The position numbers and the translations under genes were made by a program. The notes under the pieces were generated by a model. That model saw only the letters and a list, made by a program, of their open reading frames with translations, was not told the DNA's origin and ran no database searches. From the human T2T-CHM13v2.0 reference genome, Homo sapiens, in assembly GCF_009914755.1 (NCBI RefSeq), contig NC_060926.1: a stretch of 64,000 nt of DNA, one strand, 5' to 3'. Of this stretch, positions 44,769 through 60,906 are shown in pieces (position 1 is the stretch's first letter; each line of letters opens with the position of its first letter).

Positions 44769-47394
44769 TTCCCAATGGGATTGGAATGTGATTTTAAGTT
44801 TACCCACATTGGTAGTCTCCCATGTGTTCTTTGATGCCTTAAATTCCTTTCCTAAGGAAGGAAGCAGCCATTACAATAAAAACTCAAACTGCAAATATCT
44901 GTGGGTAGGTCTAAGTTCCCTTCTTAGTGAAGGATGAGTCAGGCCACCACCTGGGCACCTTCCACGAAAAATCTGTGTATCCAGTGATTCATATATGGAC
45001 TGAGGAGCTGTGGGGAAGTTCAGGAAAACACAGTGACATCTAATGGCCTGCAGCACTGGAGACCTGGCCCAGGGGTGGAGGGTGGAGGAGCCACAGTTCA
45101 AGAATAACAGTGCCCCTGTAAAATAATTCATCATAAGCAAAGAAGGTGTCTGCATGGTAAGACTCAGCCAATGGCCTGAGGCTGGAGAAGGATAGTCATA
45201 CTGAGCACCCTCTAGAGAATCCCCATGGCCCCAGGTCTTACTCAGGCACTGGGTGCCTTGTATTTGCCCTGGAGAAGAAATGGCCCTAAGTCAATTGCTC
45301 TTTGAGCTCCAGCCTCTGGCAGATGCTTGACCTCTAGAACTGTAACACTGTGGGGTTTGGTGAACCTAAACTGGAACTTTCTTCCAATACAGTGCAACAC
45401 AAATGGAGCATTCTCCTACTCTTCATGGTCTTGAAGTGGCAGTAGCAGCAGTAACCATGACCAACTCAAAGCACTGAGTAACAACCAGCAGATTCATGAA
45501 CACTTTAGAGCACCCCTAGGAACGCCTGGAGGCATTGTCATCTGCAGGCAGACTAGTAAAACCCTAGAATCTCTGAATCTAGACAGGCAGCTTCATATTA
45601 ATAAGACCAGACTGAATTGCCCTTACCAGCTCATGAAGACCAAGACATTTGGGTTATACCTGAAAGAAATCATTACTTATGTAACTCCATGTGTTATTAA
45701 TGACTCACTCATATACTTTCCTATATGAGACTGCGACAGTCTTGGGATAGGGAGCGTATTGGGCAATTTCACTGGCTGCAGAACTTTAATGGTGAATGTG
45801 AAAAAAGGTACCCCTAGGTAAAAGGAGAAAAATATAGGAGGGGAAGAGGTTAGAAAGAGAAAGTCTGAGACCTTTTTAGTAAACCAACTCATAAATGAGA
45901 AAAATTGAAGCTACCTTTAACTGTAAACTCTAGAAAGCTCATTCTACCAACAAGAAGAATCCAGAAGGACCCAGAGTCTGTAGAATGGCACAAGCATTAC
46001 ATCATATTTCCTTGCCTTTTGGTCCAAAGCCAAGTTATCCTCACCCAGGAGCCAGATGTTCCTCTCCCTCAGTCTCTCCTTCTCCCCGTTTCCCTCCCCC
46101 TCTTACTTCTGAGTCCAAGACCCCTTTGTGGTTGAGTTGCAAGTGTTCTCATCCCTGGAGAAAAATCAAATTCTCCAGAGTTGGGCAGCTACAGAACAAA
46201 CTGCTTTCTTATTAACATTGACCATGTTACATGGCATAACTTGATAGGCTTCTTTGCTAAAAGACTCTCTCCAAACATGGGGAGGAAGGGGAAGGAAAAA
46301 GCAGCATGATGTAGAGACGCCATCCTTACCCTGTCAACAACAGGAGCAAACAAAGAGGGAGGAGGAGACAGAGGATCCCACCTTACCTAAAACAACTAGG
46401 ACAAGATCTTTGAGTCCCTCTCTTTTATTTGGTTTTTCAACTATATGCTCTGTAGATGTCTGACCTACAGGCTCAGCCACATCAAGTCTCTAAGCTAATC
46501 CTGACCAAAAAGGAAGCCACTATCCAAAATCCACAGAGTTGCCTTGTCTCTGACTCCAACACCTAACTGCATCCCTGGCTTTCAGCCATGGTCCTCCCTC
46601 TGCCCCTTCCTTGATCTTCCTTGATATGCTTGCTCCTTGCCTCTCCTTGAGAATTGCTGCTGGAAGCCTAACTGCCCATCCTACCTATTGCTTCCTTATT
46701 GATGAACTAACCCTGTCTTCTCTTTACAGAGAGTAGGGAACAGAGGGTTATAGAGGTTGGGGCAGGGGTGTCTTGGCCTTCCCCACTTCGGTAAGGAATT
46801 TGTTAGATGGAAACAAAGGCAATGTAGCCAGACTGGAGTCTAGGAGCTCAATAAAGAGGAGTCAAGAGCATGCCTGGGATTACCAAACAAAGTGTCAAGT
46901 CCAAAGGACAAGGAAGCCAGGAAGGAAGGTCAGGCATTGGGAGGCTCAGAGTCCGGTAGAATCAGGTTTGAGTAACCAGGAAGGGAAGAAGTCCTGGGAT
47001 ACTGCAGCGTTGTAGGGGTCCAGTGGCTTCAGGGAGCTGCCCCAAGTCAAATATTCCAATGTAAGCCAGGCTTACCAAATTACCTGCTGCTCCCTCTGCT
47101 TTGAACGCCCTGTCTCACTTTTCTGTCTGAAGACTGACATCAAACAGCACCTAAATCTGTTGGTTAATCCCACAATGAACCTGACATGGACTTTTGATGT
47201 GCTATTGTCACCGCATATTTTAATTATTTATTACCTTGGTTGGTTCTCTCCCTGCCTCCCATCCCGTCGAACTGTCAACTACTTGATGTCAAAGACTGTC
47301 ATCCCATTTTTAAAACCCATGCAATCACATCCCTGGCATTCAGTCACATCCCTGGCACATGAAGATTCTCAAGAATGAATGAATGAATGGAAAT

Positions 47395-47830
47395 GTGGTA
47401 AATGGTGCAAGCATATCTCATTTAACTTTGTCCCTAAATCCCACTAAAACTGCAACAAGAGATTTCTAAAATGCTAACAAAAAACATATAAACCTACAGA
47501 GATAGAGAAAATAAAAGAGACACAGCAAAATCAAAGTGTGAGAAGCTGAAAAACAGATGGGAAAGTGGAATTTGACTTAGTAGATCTGAAAAGGTGACTC
47601 TTAAGTTAGTGATGAAAGCCAGGACCCAAGCTGATCTACACAGAATATTCCAAAGGCTTCTACATTGATGGCATCAGATATCCTTGGAAGTAGGGGTGAA
47701 GGGGCAGATTCCTGAAGAGCTGTTTGAGGAGCAGTTAGATCCTAGTATCCTCTCTTTTTTTTTTTTTTTTTTTTTTATCAGTTCCCAGACAATCATTCCT
47801 CCCAGCCCCAGCAGATGCCTGAGGGCTAGT
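47395..47830 (+). mobile_element. Old L1M/HAL1-like 5' region fragment
   Basis: A-rich ccctaaatcccactaaaa...gaagctgaaaaacagatggg motif. Confidence 0.4.
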
Positions 47831-48819
47831 CCGGATCTCTAGACTTAGAGAACCTGGGCACAGGTTCTAAGTGGGTGGTGTACGTATCAACCAGGAACAG
47901 TGAGTGAAGGCAGAATGCAGGCTCCTCAGCTTGCTTCCTCCACTCAGTCTCCAGGCTGCTGGCAGCCAAATACACACTCTCCAGGAGGAAACAAAAGAAC
48001 CTTCTCTGGGAATCTGATAAGCCAAGATAAAGTCCTAATGAAGGCAGGCTGTGCAGTGTCTGCATGTAGGAATCATGAGTCTCGGCTCTGACCACAACTC
48101 CAGATCTTCCCAATCCCCAAGAGCTGCCTATGTGCAGTGAAGGGTCCACACCTCCTCAAAATATATTAGTGTTGCCTAATTTGCATTTATGCTAAACCTA
48201 CAACTGGAAGTGTAGGGGTGGCATAGAGTGCGTATGCACCAATCATATCTAGGACCAACTAAGGTTCACTCAGTATAACTCCAGGCTTCCACAGCTCCAG
48301 GACCCCTGCTCCCACTGCAGGGGCGCATGCTGTCTCGCCATTCTCCTAACCCTAGAAGGCTGACACTCTGGCCAGAGGCTCCGGGCCTCACCTTGATGAG
48401 ACCCCTCATACCACATCCAGCCACAGAGACAGCCTAGGGAGCTGCTGGGGAAACAGGGAACACCCAAACCCTCAAGGTGACTGATGAGCCATCACAGACA
48501 ACACCAAGAGATTAATGTACTGTGGCTTTCTATCCCAACCACAAAACATGGGTGGCATCGTGGCATATGAATAAACAAGGTCTAGTTTAGGTAGATTAAA
48601 GAATTCCATATTGGATAATCTTTCTGAAAGGCTATCTCTGATTGATTTCCACAATATTACATAAAGCCAACAGAGGGAATAAAGATCTTAGACCCCCATA
48701 GCTCATACAAAGGCCCAGCCAAAGGGCTGGCCTAGACTGACACAGACTGTCAGGGCTAGCCAAAACACTGACGCAGAAGTTCTCAGTTTGCAAGCCCCTC
48801 CCAGTCAAGTCATCCCACA

Positions 48820-49077
48820 GTTGCACTTCCCAAACTGTACACTAAGGCTCCCTAAGGCAGCACAGTGAACTCACAAGAGCACTGTGGAATATTTTGAATT
48901 TTCAAAGAAAACACAGCAATTTCTGTTGCTCATCATACAAATTATTACTATTTATTTCCTTGGGCCTACCTACCTAATAAACAGAATTATTAGGCATTTT
49001 GGAGGGTCTAGAGGTGCCGTGAAAAGATAACAGAGACTCTAGGGGATCCATGGACAAGAAAGTTTGGGAACCATTGC
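48820..49077. mobile_element. hAT-Charlie (MER119-like) element
   Basis: Inverted termini ttcccaaact ... agtttgggaa. Confidence 0.6.
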
Positions 49078-50609
49078 CCTACCGTGAAGTTCCCGGCTGG
49101 CATGCCCATCCCACCGTGCAGGGCTTCCAGTCAGCTTTTTCTCTTTCTTCTGAAATATGAGAAGATAACTGGGCATATCAGATGCCTGAGGAATGCTTCT
49201 AACATGAAATACAGAGATAGGAGACACACGCACACACACACACACACAAAGCAACATGGGAAAAACAGACTCTGCATGGGAACACTTCAGGAAAGGAAAG
49301 GAGGGGGGCAGGGGCAAGGAGGAGAAAAATCAATCAGAAGGTTTCTAAGAATGGCAAAATGGTATTCTTTCCCTCCTCTCTTTAAGCAAGGGAGTCCTTT
49401 GCTAATATCACATACACACATCAAATCACATTGATTCAAAGTATAATCTCTGATGGCTGCAAAATCCTAATCATGATCAATGCATCTCTAACTATTTCAT
49501 TCAATCCCTGACACCCAAGCTCACCTTACCAGGCATGATAATTAACTAAGACTTATATCCAACTATTTTCTGGGGTGTTTCCAAGCATATTGGAAATGAC
49601 CTTTTTATATTATCTGATGGGCTCTTGTATGTCCACACAAAAAGTTCTGTCTAGGGAGAAATTCCTGTAGCATATGCGCACTTCCCAATACAAATTTGGT
49701 GTTTGAATCTCATTTAAGCCTTCAACATTGTTCTACAGGTTAAAAAGCAACAACAACACACAATAACAGCAATTCATGACCGTATGAACATAAATGATAA
49801 CATTCTTAAAGTCAAATATGCCTGCCTCCTCCATGTCAAACTACTGTCATCATTTTATATTAAAATTCTACTTTTGTAGATTAAATACTGCATCTATCAG
49901 ACAATTATGGGTACGTTTTTGTATTCTAAGAAAAACAAAAACAAAAAACTAATGTCTATAAGAGGGTCATTTTGCTCTTTAGTTTTTTCACAGAATTGGA
50001 CTAAATCATGGCAATTAGTGTAACGGAAATGTTTACAGCAATCTCTGATGGCAGTTCTACTAATGCAATGATTTAGCTCAAGCCCAGTAAAATATGAACA
50101 TGTATCATTAGGATGAATCAGAATCAAAAGCAAAGCAACTTTTAGCTTACAGTAATTCAACATACATCATCTCATCAGCAGTGCCAACTATAAAATTAAG
50201 GATATACAATTAGTCAATCAGACGGTTCCTGAATTAATTAATTAAGCGAGGAAAATCAGCAAGCAAAGACAGGACTACATCCAACAACATACTTCCCCCT
50301 CTTAAAACAATCCTTTCCATTCATTTTGATCTCGTTATCCAATAAACACAGGACTCAATCTTCCCCTGATGGTATTAGTGATCAAGACACCTCCCAGATC
50401 AGCCACCACGTTAGTGTCCCATAAACTCACCCTCCAAGAGGTCACTTGGCTTTGTTCCTACAACTGAGAATTATTTGCTTTGCTGTCTGCCTGGCAAAAT
50501 CGCATCTCCAGTAATCCTCAAAGGATCATTTAACAAGTGCCAATGGAAGTATGTGAAGAAATAGGGTTAAGCATACTCCTCCATTAGGAGGAATGAGGAG
50601 AAATTCAGT

Positions 50610-53600
50610 GAACTTGAGGCTTAGATTTTAAGACAAGGAGTATTTCTGGAAATACAGAAGAACATTTTCTAGTAATAAAAGAAGTAATTCATCAGAAATG
50701 GATAATAATGTCCCTAATAACAAGGTTTCAAAACACATTAAGCAAAAGTGAACAACCAAAGGGTCAAATTGACAATTTCACAATCATAGTTGGGGCATTT
50801 AACATCCTTCTCCAAGTAAATGACAGAAAAACTAGATTTAAAAAAAATACTAATGATATAGAAGATCTCCAGCTCTATCAACCAACTTGATCTAACTGAC
50901 CCTGAAAAAAAGGCCTGGCAGTTTCTGAAAAAATAGACATATACCTACCCATTGACCCAGCTAGTTCACTCCTGGGTATTATCCAAGTGAAATAAAAGCA
51001 TGTTTACAAAAAGCCATGTACAAGACTGTTTTGGTAGCTTTACTCATAATGGCTAAAAACTGGAAAAGGCACAGGTGTCTGTCAATAGGAGAAGGCATAA
51101 GCAAATTCTGATATTTTTATACAATGGATTATTGCTCTGCAATTAAAAAGCGGTGGACTACTGACACATGCAACAACATGGATAGATTTAGGTGAAAGGA
51201 GCACATACTTAATGTGATTCCGTTTATATGAAGTTCTAAGACAGGAAAAACTGACCTATGGTAGCAAACCATCAGAATAGTGATTGCTTTTGAAGTGAAT
51301 AAGGAAATGGGCATTTTCTGGAAGGAGGCAAAAAGGAACTTTTGGAGGTGGTGATAGTGCTTTGTATCTTGGGAGGGTCTTGGCTTACACAAATATCTAT
51401 ACTTGTAAAAATCCAGCAAACAATACACTTAAAAATCTGTGCCTTTTAGTGGACATAAATTTGTGCCTTAAAAACCCCATAAATAAATGTTGAACTATAA
51501 TAATATGCTGGCTGAAATGTTTTAGGATGAAATGCATTGATATTTACAACTTACTTTAAAAGGCATTAAAAAGTAAGATGGATTGATTGAGAGCAGATAG
51601 AGGAATGAATAGATATGTGATAAAGCCAGAGTTGTAAAAAGCATGGAGTCTAGGTGGTGGTATATGAGTATTCAGTGTAACATGTCTTCAATTTTCCTGT
51701 ATGTCTGAAATTTTTCCAAACAAAATGTTGGAAAATATGTTATACATGTATCTATGCAGGTTTAAAATGTATAATAACAATATTATACAAAAGACAGAAG
51801 GTGGTAAATGAAGTTCAGGTGTTCTTGGGTCTTTGGACAGTTAGGAGGTGGTAACAGTAAAATTCACAATAGAAAGAAATAAGTCAGAAGTCTATATGGG
51901 TTGTTCTAGGGTAAGCACTAACAGAGTAATGGAAGATACATAACTAATGGTGGGGGTAGGATTGTAAAAAATTCACAATTAATCTTAATGAAAGTAAAAA
52001 AGGAGAGAGAGCTGAGTTAATCTCAAAAAGCTGAGTTAAATAACAAATAGTAAAATGATAGGTATAAACCCAAATATAGCAATATTTATATTAAATGTAA
52101 CTAAATACTCCAATAAAAGGACAAAGTTGGTCAGACTCAATTTTAAAATCCTTATGTTGTTTGTAAAAGATTTGCCTTAAATATAAGGGCCCATAATGGT
52201 TGTATGAAAAAGGGTATTCCAGACAAACAATCAAATGGAACTGGTGTAGTTATAATAATGTCAGACAAAGTAGATGTTTACATAATAAGAATTACTAGCA
52301 ATAAAGAGTCATTTTATAATTATAACAGGATTAATATACTGGAAGAATATGTCAGTTTAAATTTTTTTGCATCTAATATTATAGCTTCAAAATATATAAA
52401 GCAAGAATCATTAAAACTAAATAGATATGAACAAATTCACAATTATAGTGAGAGATTTTAATAATCCTTTCTCAGGAGCTAATAAAACAAACAAAAAAGT
52501 TTAGGGATATAGAGAATTAAAACAACATGAATAAGCAATCTTAATATATTGAGAACAGTGCAACCAACAACTGCAAAATTCAAATACTTTTCAAGTGTAC
52601 ATGGACTATTTACCAAAATTTACATTTACCTGGCCGTACACATATCAAAATAATTTTGAGAAAATTGAAATTATGTACATCATATTTTCTATCCACAATG
52701 GAATTAATCTAGAAATCAACTGCAAAAAGATAAATTTTTAAATCCCCAAATGTTTAGAACATAAGCAATTCACTTATGAAGAGACTAGGTCAAAGGAGAA
52801 ATCACAATGGAATGAGAAAATATTTTGACTTAAATCATAAAAATATGACAAATGAAAACCTGTGAGATCCAATTACAGCATACTTAAGGGAAGATTATAT
52901 TGCAACAATTATCAAGACAAAGTGAATTTTGTTCAAGGATAGATGAATAGATCAATGGAATATAATAGAGTTCAGAATCAGACCTAGACATGAACAATCA
53001 CTTGATTTATGACAAAAGTGCTCCAGCGCAGTGGGGAAATTATGATCTTTTCAATAAATGATACATGGCCAGCAGGGTACTATGGCTCATGCCTGGAATC
53101 CCAGTACTCTGGGAGGCCAAGCCTGGAGGATCCCTTGAACCCTGTCTCTACAAAAAAAAAAAAAAAAAATTAACTATCTGGGTATGATGGCACATGCCTA
53201 TAGTCCCAGCTACTTGGGAGGCTGAGGCAGGAGGATCACTCAAGTCCAGATCAAGACTGTAGTGAGCTGTGATTGTGCCACTGTAATCCAGCCTGGGTAA
53301 CAGAGTGAAACCCTGTCTCAATTAAAAAAAAAAAAAAAGATACATGGCCAACTAGAAAGCCATACAGAAAAACAAATTAATATTTAATTTTGACTCCTAC
53401 CTCACACCTCACATACACAAACTTCAGACAGATTTTAGAGCTAAACGTAAAAATCAATCAATAAAATTTAATCTAAAAGAAGACAGCATAGTAGGATATC
53501 TTCGTGCTCTTGTAGACACCATGGTAGACATGAACAAAAAAACAAATTAAAAAGAAAAAGACCGACAAATTGGAGTACATTCCAATTAAAAACCTCTGTT

Positions 53601-54314
53601 AATGAAAAGACACTTAGAAAGGGAGAAGATACTTACAGCAAAAATATCTAATGGTCTCATATCTAAAATATATAAAGAAGTTCTACAAATTAACAGGAAA
53701 AAGACAGACTACTCAATTTTAAAAAGCAAGGGTGAGAGACTTGTACAGGTACTTTCCAAAGAGGTTATCCAAATGGCTAATAAGCATATGAAAAATTACC
53801 CAACCTCAATAGTCATCATGGGAATGCAAGTTAAAACCAGAATGCTATATCATTGAACAACCATGAGGCTAAAAGGAAAAGAGCTCACAAAACCTAGTAT
53901 TGTCAAGGAGCTATTGGAATGCTCATACATCTCTGGTGGGTGTGTAAATTGTCACAACCACTTTAGAAAACCAGCAGTATTTATTGAAGCTGAAAATATG
54001 CCTGCCTCATGAAACAGCAATCCTTTCACTAGATACATGTCCAACAGAAGTACATATGAGGATCAGAGTCTTATGTACAATATTTATAGCAGCTTTATTC
54101 ATGATAGCCAAAAGTGTTCAACAACAATGCAATGAATAAATATATGGTGATATATTTATATAGTGGGGTACTATGCCACAATGAAAATGAACAACTACTG
54201 CTACAACAGCAGGGATGAATCTCACAAACAAAAGGTTGAGCAAAACAAGTCGCATACAAAGGAGTACATACAATAAGATTACATTCATATATAAAGTTCA
54301 AAAAAAGGCTAAGC
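50610..54314 (+). mobile_element. Stack of decayed L1M fragments (EN region, ORF2, 3'UTR)
   Basis: Degenerate translations such as DNFTIIVGAFNILL and GVVIIMSDKVD. Confidence 0.75.
53072..53338 (+). mobile_element. AluJ with internal left-arm deletion
   Basis: TSD gatacatggcca; left arm jumps cttgaacc to ctgtctctac. Confidence 0.85.
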
Positions 54315-54315
54315 T

Positions 54316-56168
54316 CATACACCAACAACATCCAAGCCAAAAGCCAAATAAAGAATGCAATTCCATTCACAATTGCCACAAAAAGAATAAAATACTCAGT
54401 AATACAGCTAACCAGGGAGGTGGAAGATCTCTACAATGGGAATTACAAAACACTGCTCAAAGAAATCAGAGATGACACAAACAAATGGAAAAACATTCCA
54501 TGCTCATGGATAAGAAGAATCAATATCATTAAAATGGCCATACTGCCCAAAGCAATCTACAAATTCAGTGCTACTCCTGCCAAACTACTAAGAAGAATGA
54601 CAATCTTCACAGAAATAGAAAAAACTATTTTAAAATTGATATGGAACCAAGAAAGAGTCCAAATAGCCAAGGCAATCCTTAGCAAAAAGAACAAAGTTGG
54701 AGGCATCACGTTACTCTACTTCAAACTATACTACAGGGCTATGGTAAACAAAATAGCATAGTAGCAGTACAATGGAACAGAATAGAGAGACCAGAATTAA
54801 GGCCACACGCCTACAACCATCTGATCTTCAGCAAAGCTGACAAAAACTAGCAATGAGGAAAGGACTCCTCATTCAATAAATGGTGCTGAGATAACTGGCT
54901 AACCATATGCAAAATATTGAAATGGAACCCTCTCCTTACACCATATACAAAAATCAACTCAAGATGGATTAAAGACTTAAATGTAAAACTTAAAAATATT
55001 TTTTAAAGAAAACCCTTGAAGATAAAGATAACCTAGGAAATACCATTCTGGACATAGGAACGAGCAAAGATTTCATGACAAAGACACTAAAAGCAATGGC
55101 AACAAAAGCAAAAATTGACAAATGGGATCTAATTAAAGAGCTTCTGCACAGCGAAAGAAACCATCAACAGAGTAAACAGACAACCTACAGAATAAGAGGA
55201 AAGATTTACAAACTATGCATCTGACAAAGGTTCAGTATCCAGAATCCATAAGGAACTTAAACAAATTTACAAGCAAAAGACAAACGATCCCATTAAAACG
55301 TGAGCAAAGGACATGAACAGACACTTCTCAAAAGAAGACATACATATAGCTAACAAGCTTATGAAAAAATGCTCAACATCGCTGATCATTAGAGAAATGC
55401 AAATCAAAGCTACATTGAGAAACCATCTCACATCAGTCAGCAAGGCTATTATTAAAAAGTCAAAAAATAACAGATGCTGGTGAGGTTGCAGGGAAAAGGG
55501 AATGCTTATACACTGCTGGTGGGAGTGCAAATTAGTTCAGCTGCTGTGGAAAGCAATGTGATAATTCCTCAAAGAACTAAAAACAGAATTACCATTCAAC
55601 CCAGAAATCCCATTATTGGGTATACCAAAGGAACATAAATCATTCTACCATAAAGACACATGCATGCATGTGTTCACTGCAGCCTTATTCACAGTAGAAA
55701 AGACATGGAATCAATCTAAATGCCCATCAATGATAGACTGGGTAAAGAAAATATGGTACAGATACACCATGGAATATTGTGTAGCCATAAAAAAGAATGA
55801 GATCATGTCCTTTGCAGCAACATGGATGGAGCTGGAGGCTTTTATCCTATGGAAACTAAAGCAGGAACAGAAAACCAAATACCACATGTTCTCCCTTGTA
55901 AGTGGGAGCTAAACAATGAGAATATGTGGACACAAAGAGGAGAACAACAGACACTGGGACCTGCTTGAGGTTGGAGGGTGGGAAGAGGAAGAGGATCAGA
56001 AAACCTGAGAAAAACCTGCCTATCAGGCACTATGCTTAGTATCTACATGATGAAATGATCTGTACACCAAACCCCCATGACATGAGTTTACCTATATAAC
56101 AAACCTGCACATGCACCTCTGAACCTTAAATAAAATTTAAAAAATAAATAAATAAAAGGAAAAAAAAA
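54316..56168 (+). mobile_element. 5'-truncated old L1PA (about PA13-16)
   Basis: ORF2 remnants ([23 protein letters not shown]), 3'UTR, A tail; TSD approximately aggct[a/t]agct. Confidence 0.88.
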
Positions 56169-56801
56169 ACAGGCTTAGCTAATCTAGGGTGATAAAAGAG
56201 TAGTGGTTACCTTTAGGCAGCAAGAGGAAAAGGCAGGTGGCTTTGGCTTCTAGGGTGCTGATAATGCTCTATTTCTTGATATGGGGTGGTTACATTGTTG
56301 TGTTCACTCTGCCGAAATCAATTAAATTAATCAATACAAAGTTACTTTTTTGAAAATTCAGCGGAATGTTTTAGAAGAATTTGACGATGTAATTTTAAAA
56401 GTTATGTATAAGAAATTATTAGTGACTACAATCAAAACTTCTTTAAAAATAAGGGTGACAAGTAGAATTTTTATCTGCCAAATATTAAAGCCGATTTAAA
56501 AACAATAATTAAAACAGTGAGACGTTGGTACAAGAAGAGACAAACCAGCCAAGAAAACAGAATAAAAAGCAGACATACATCATTATCTGTCCATTAAAAA
56601 TAAATAAAATTTATGTCAAAGAAAAAAAAAGAAATTTCAAATGAAAAAATTAACAGATTTAATTACATTTAAAGTTCTGTACACAAATGGCACATTAAGC
56701 ATTTATTATTTTAATGTATAAAGATCTCCCAAATGATGGGAATGTAAAATAAAGCACTACTTTAAATAATAATTTGACAATCTGGATAGAAGGGAGGACA
56801 T

Positions 56802-57166
56802 GTGCTATAGACTGAATGTATGTATGTGTCCCCCCAAAATTCATATGTTGAACCCTAATCCCCAATGTGAAGGTATCAGAAGGTGGGGCCTTTGGGAGAT
56901 GATTAAGTCAAGAGGTCTCTGCCCTCATGGGATGAATGCCCTTATAAAGAGACCCCAGAGAGTTCCCTCTCCCCTTCCACCATATGAGGACACATGGAGA
57001 AGATGGCTGTCTATGAACCAGGAAGCAGGCCATTACCAGAACCAAACTGTGCTGACACTCTGATCTCAGGCTTCCAAACTCCAGAATTACAAGAAATGAA
57101 TTTCTGTTGTTTATAAGCCACCCAGGCTATGGTAGATTGTTATAGCAGCCCAAACAGACTAAGATA
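56802..57166 (+). mobile_element. MLT1A-type solo LTR
   Basis: tgctatagactgaatg...gcagcccaaacagactaagata. Confidence 0.85.
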
Positions 57167-57425
57167 CTATGCATATTCTGTGACCCAACAATTCCACTTC
57201 TAAATATGTACTCTAATTTTAGCACTTTACTCAAGGAGATAGCGACAAAATAGTAAATATCTGCCAATAAGGGAATGAGATAAATAATCTGATACATCTA
57301 TAGAATGGAATACAACAGTTAAAATGAATGAACTAGACATATATGTATCAACATAGGTACCTCAAAAGATAATGTTGAGTTGAAAAAGCAGGATGCAAAT
57401 TAATATGTAAATATTATATCATTTA

Positions 57426-59129
<1,704 letters not shown>

Positions 59130-59890
59130 AAAAAAAGCATTCGAACACCCATGGGAAATGTATATGTCAACTTCTAGAGAGTGGTTGCTTTGAGAAGAAA
59201 GAAAGGAGACTAGCATGAGCAAAGTTTTAACATTATGTTAAATATTTGATGTGCTTTTAGAAAAACAGCTGAAGCACACATAACAACATAATCATTTCCA
59301 CCATTGTTAAGTTATTTTTGGTATACTTGAAATATATTATAATTAAAATAAAATAAAAAGGTCTACAAATCAATTTTAAAAAGCACAAATCAGTCTTCTA
59401 CACTTCAATAGAAAAAAAGAAATCAGGAAAGAATAAAGGCACCTCACAAAAGAAGAAACACACCTGAATAATAAATGTGAAAACATTCATCATCTCCCTG
59501 GAAATAAAAAATAATTACAAATTAGAATAACTTTTTTGTTGTTGAAAAAATTTTAATGATAATATCACTCTTGGCAAAGGAAATATGTGCTGTCTATACT
59601 GCTAGTAACAGAATTTACCTTTGCGTCTGTGTGTGTGGAGTGGGGGTAATTTGATCATATGTTTTAAAATCTTAAATATATTTGTACAATTTTACCCATT
59701 CATTCCACTTCCTTGATTTTTTTCTTAAGGAAAATGTCTGAGTTAAACACAGAGATGTTCATTATGACAAGGCTCATTATCTTAAATAATCTAAATGTCC
59801 AGAAATCAGAGGTTAAGTAAATTAGTTTATATCCAAAAGATGAATTCTATACAGCCTTTAAATATCATACTGTAAAAGAATTATCACTGC

Positions 59891-60510
<620 letters not shown>

Positions 60511-60615
60511 GAATTCGACATGAGAAATTATGACATTATGTTGTGAAAAACTTGTTATAAAACGGCATCTTCATTATGATCCCACCATATATGTACATAT
60601 TGTTTTTTAGGTGCA

Positions 60616-60906
60616 TTTTTTTTTTTTAAAGCTCTCACCCTGTGTCGCCCAGGCTGGAGTGCAATGGCTCAATCCAGGTCACTGCAACCTCCACCTCCCA
60701 GGTTCAAGTGATTCTCCTGCCTCAGGCTGCCAAGTAGCTTGGATTACAGGTGCTCGCCACCACACCTGGCTAATTTTGGTATTTTCTGTAGAAGTGGGGT
60801 TTTGCCATGTTGGCCAGGCTGGTCTGAAATTCCCAACCTCAAGTGATCTGCCCATCTCAGCCTCCCGAAGTGCTGGGATTACAGGCGTGGGCCACCGTGC
60901 CTGGCC
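60616..60906 (-). mobile_element. AluS
   Basis: Complete antisense dimer. Confidence 0.9.
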
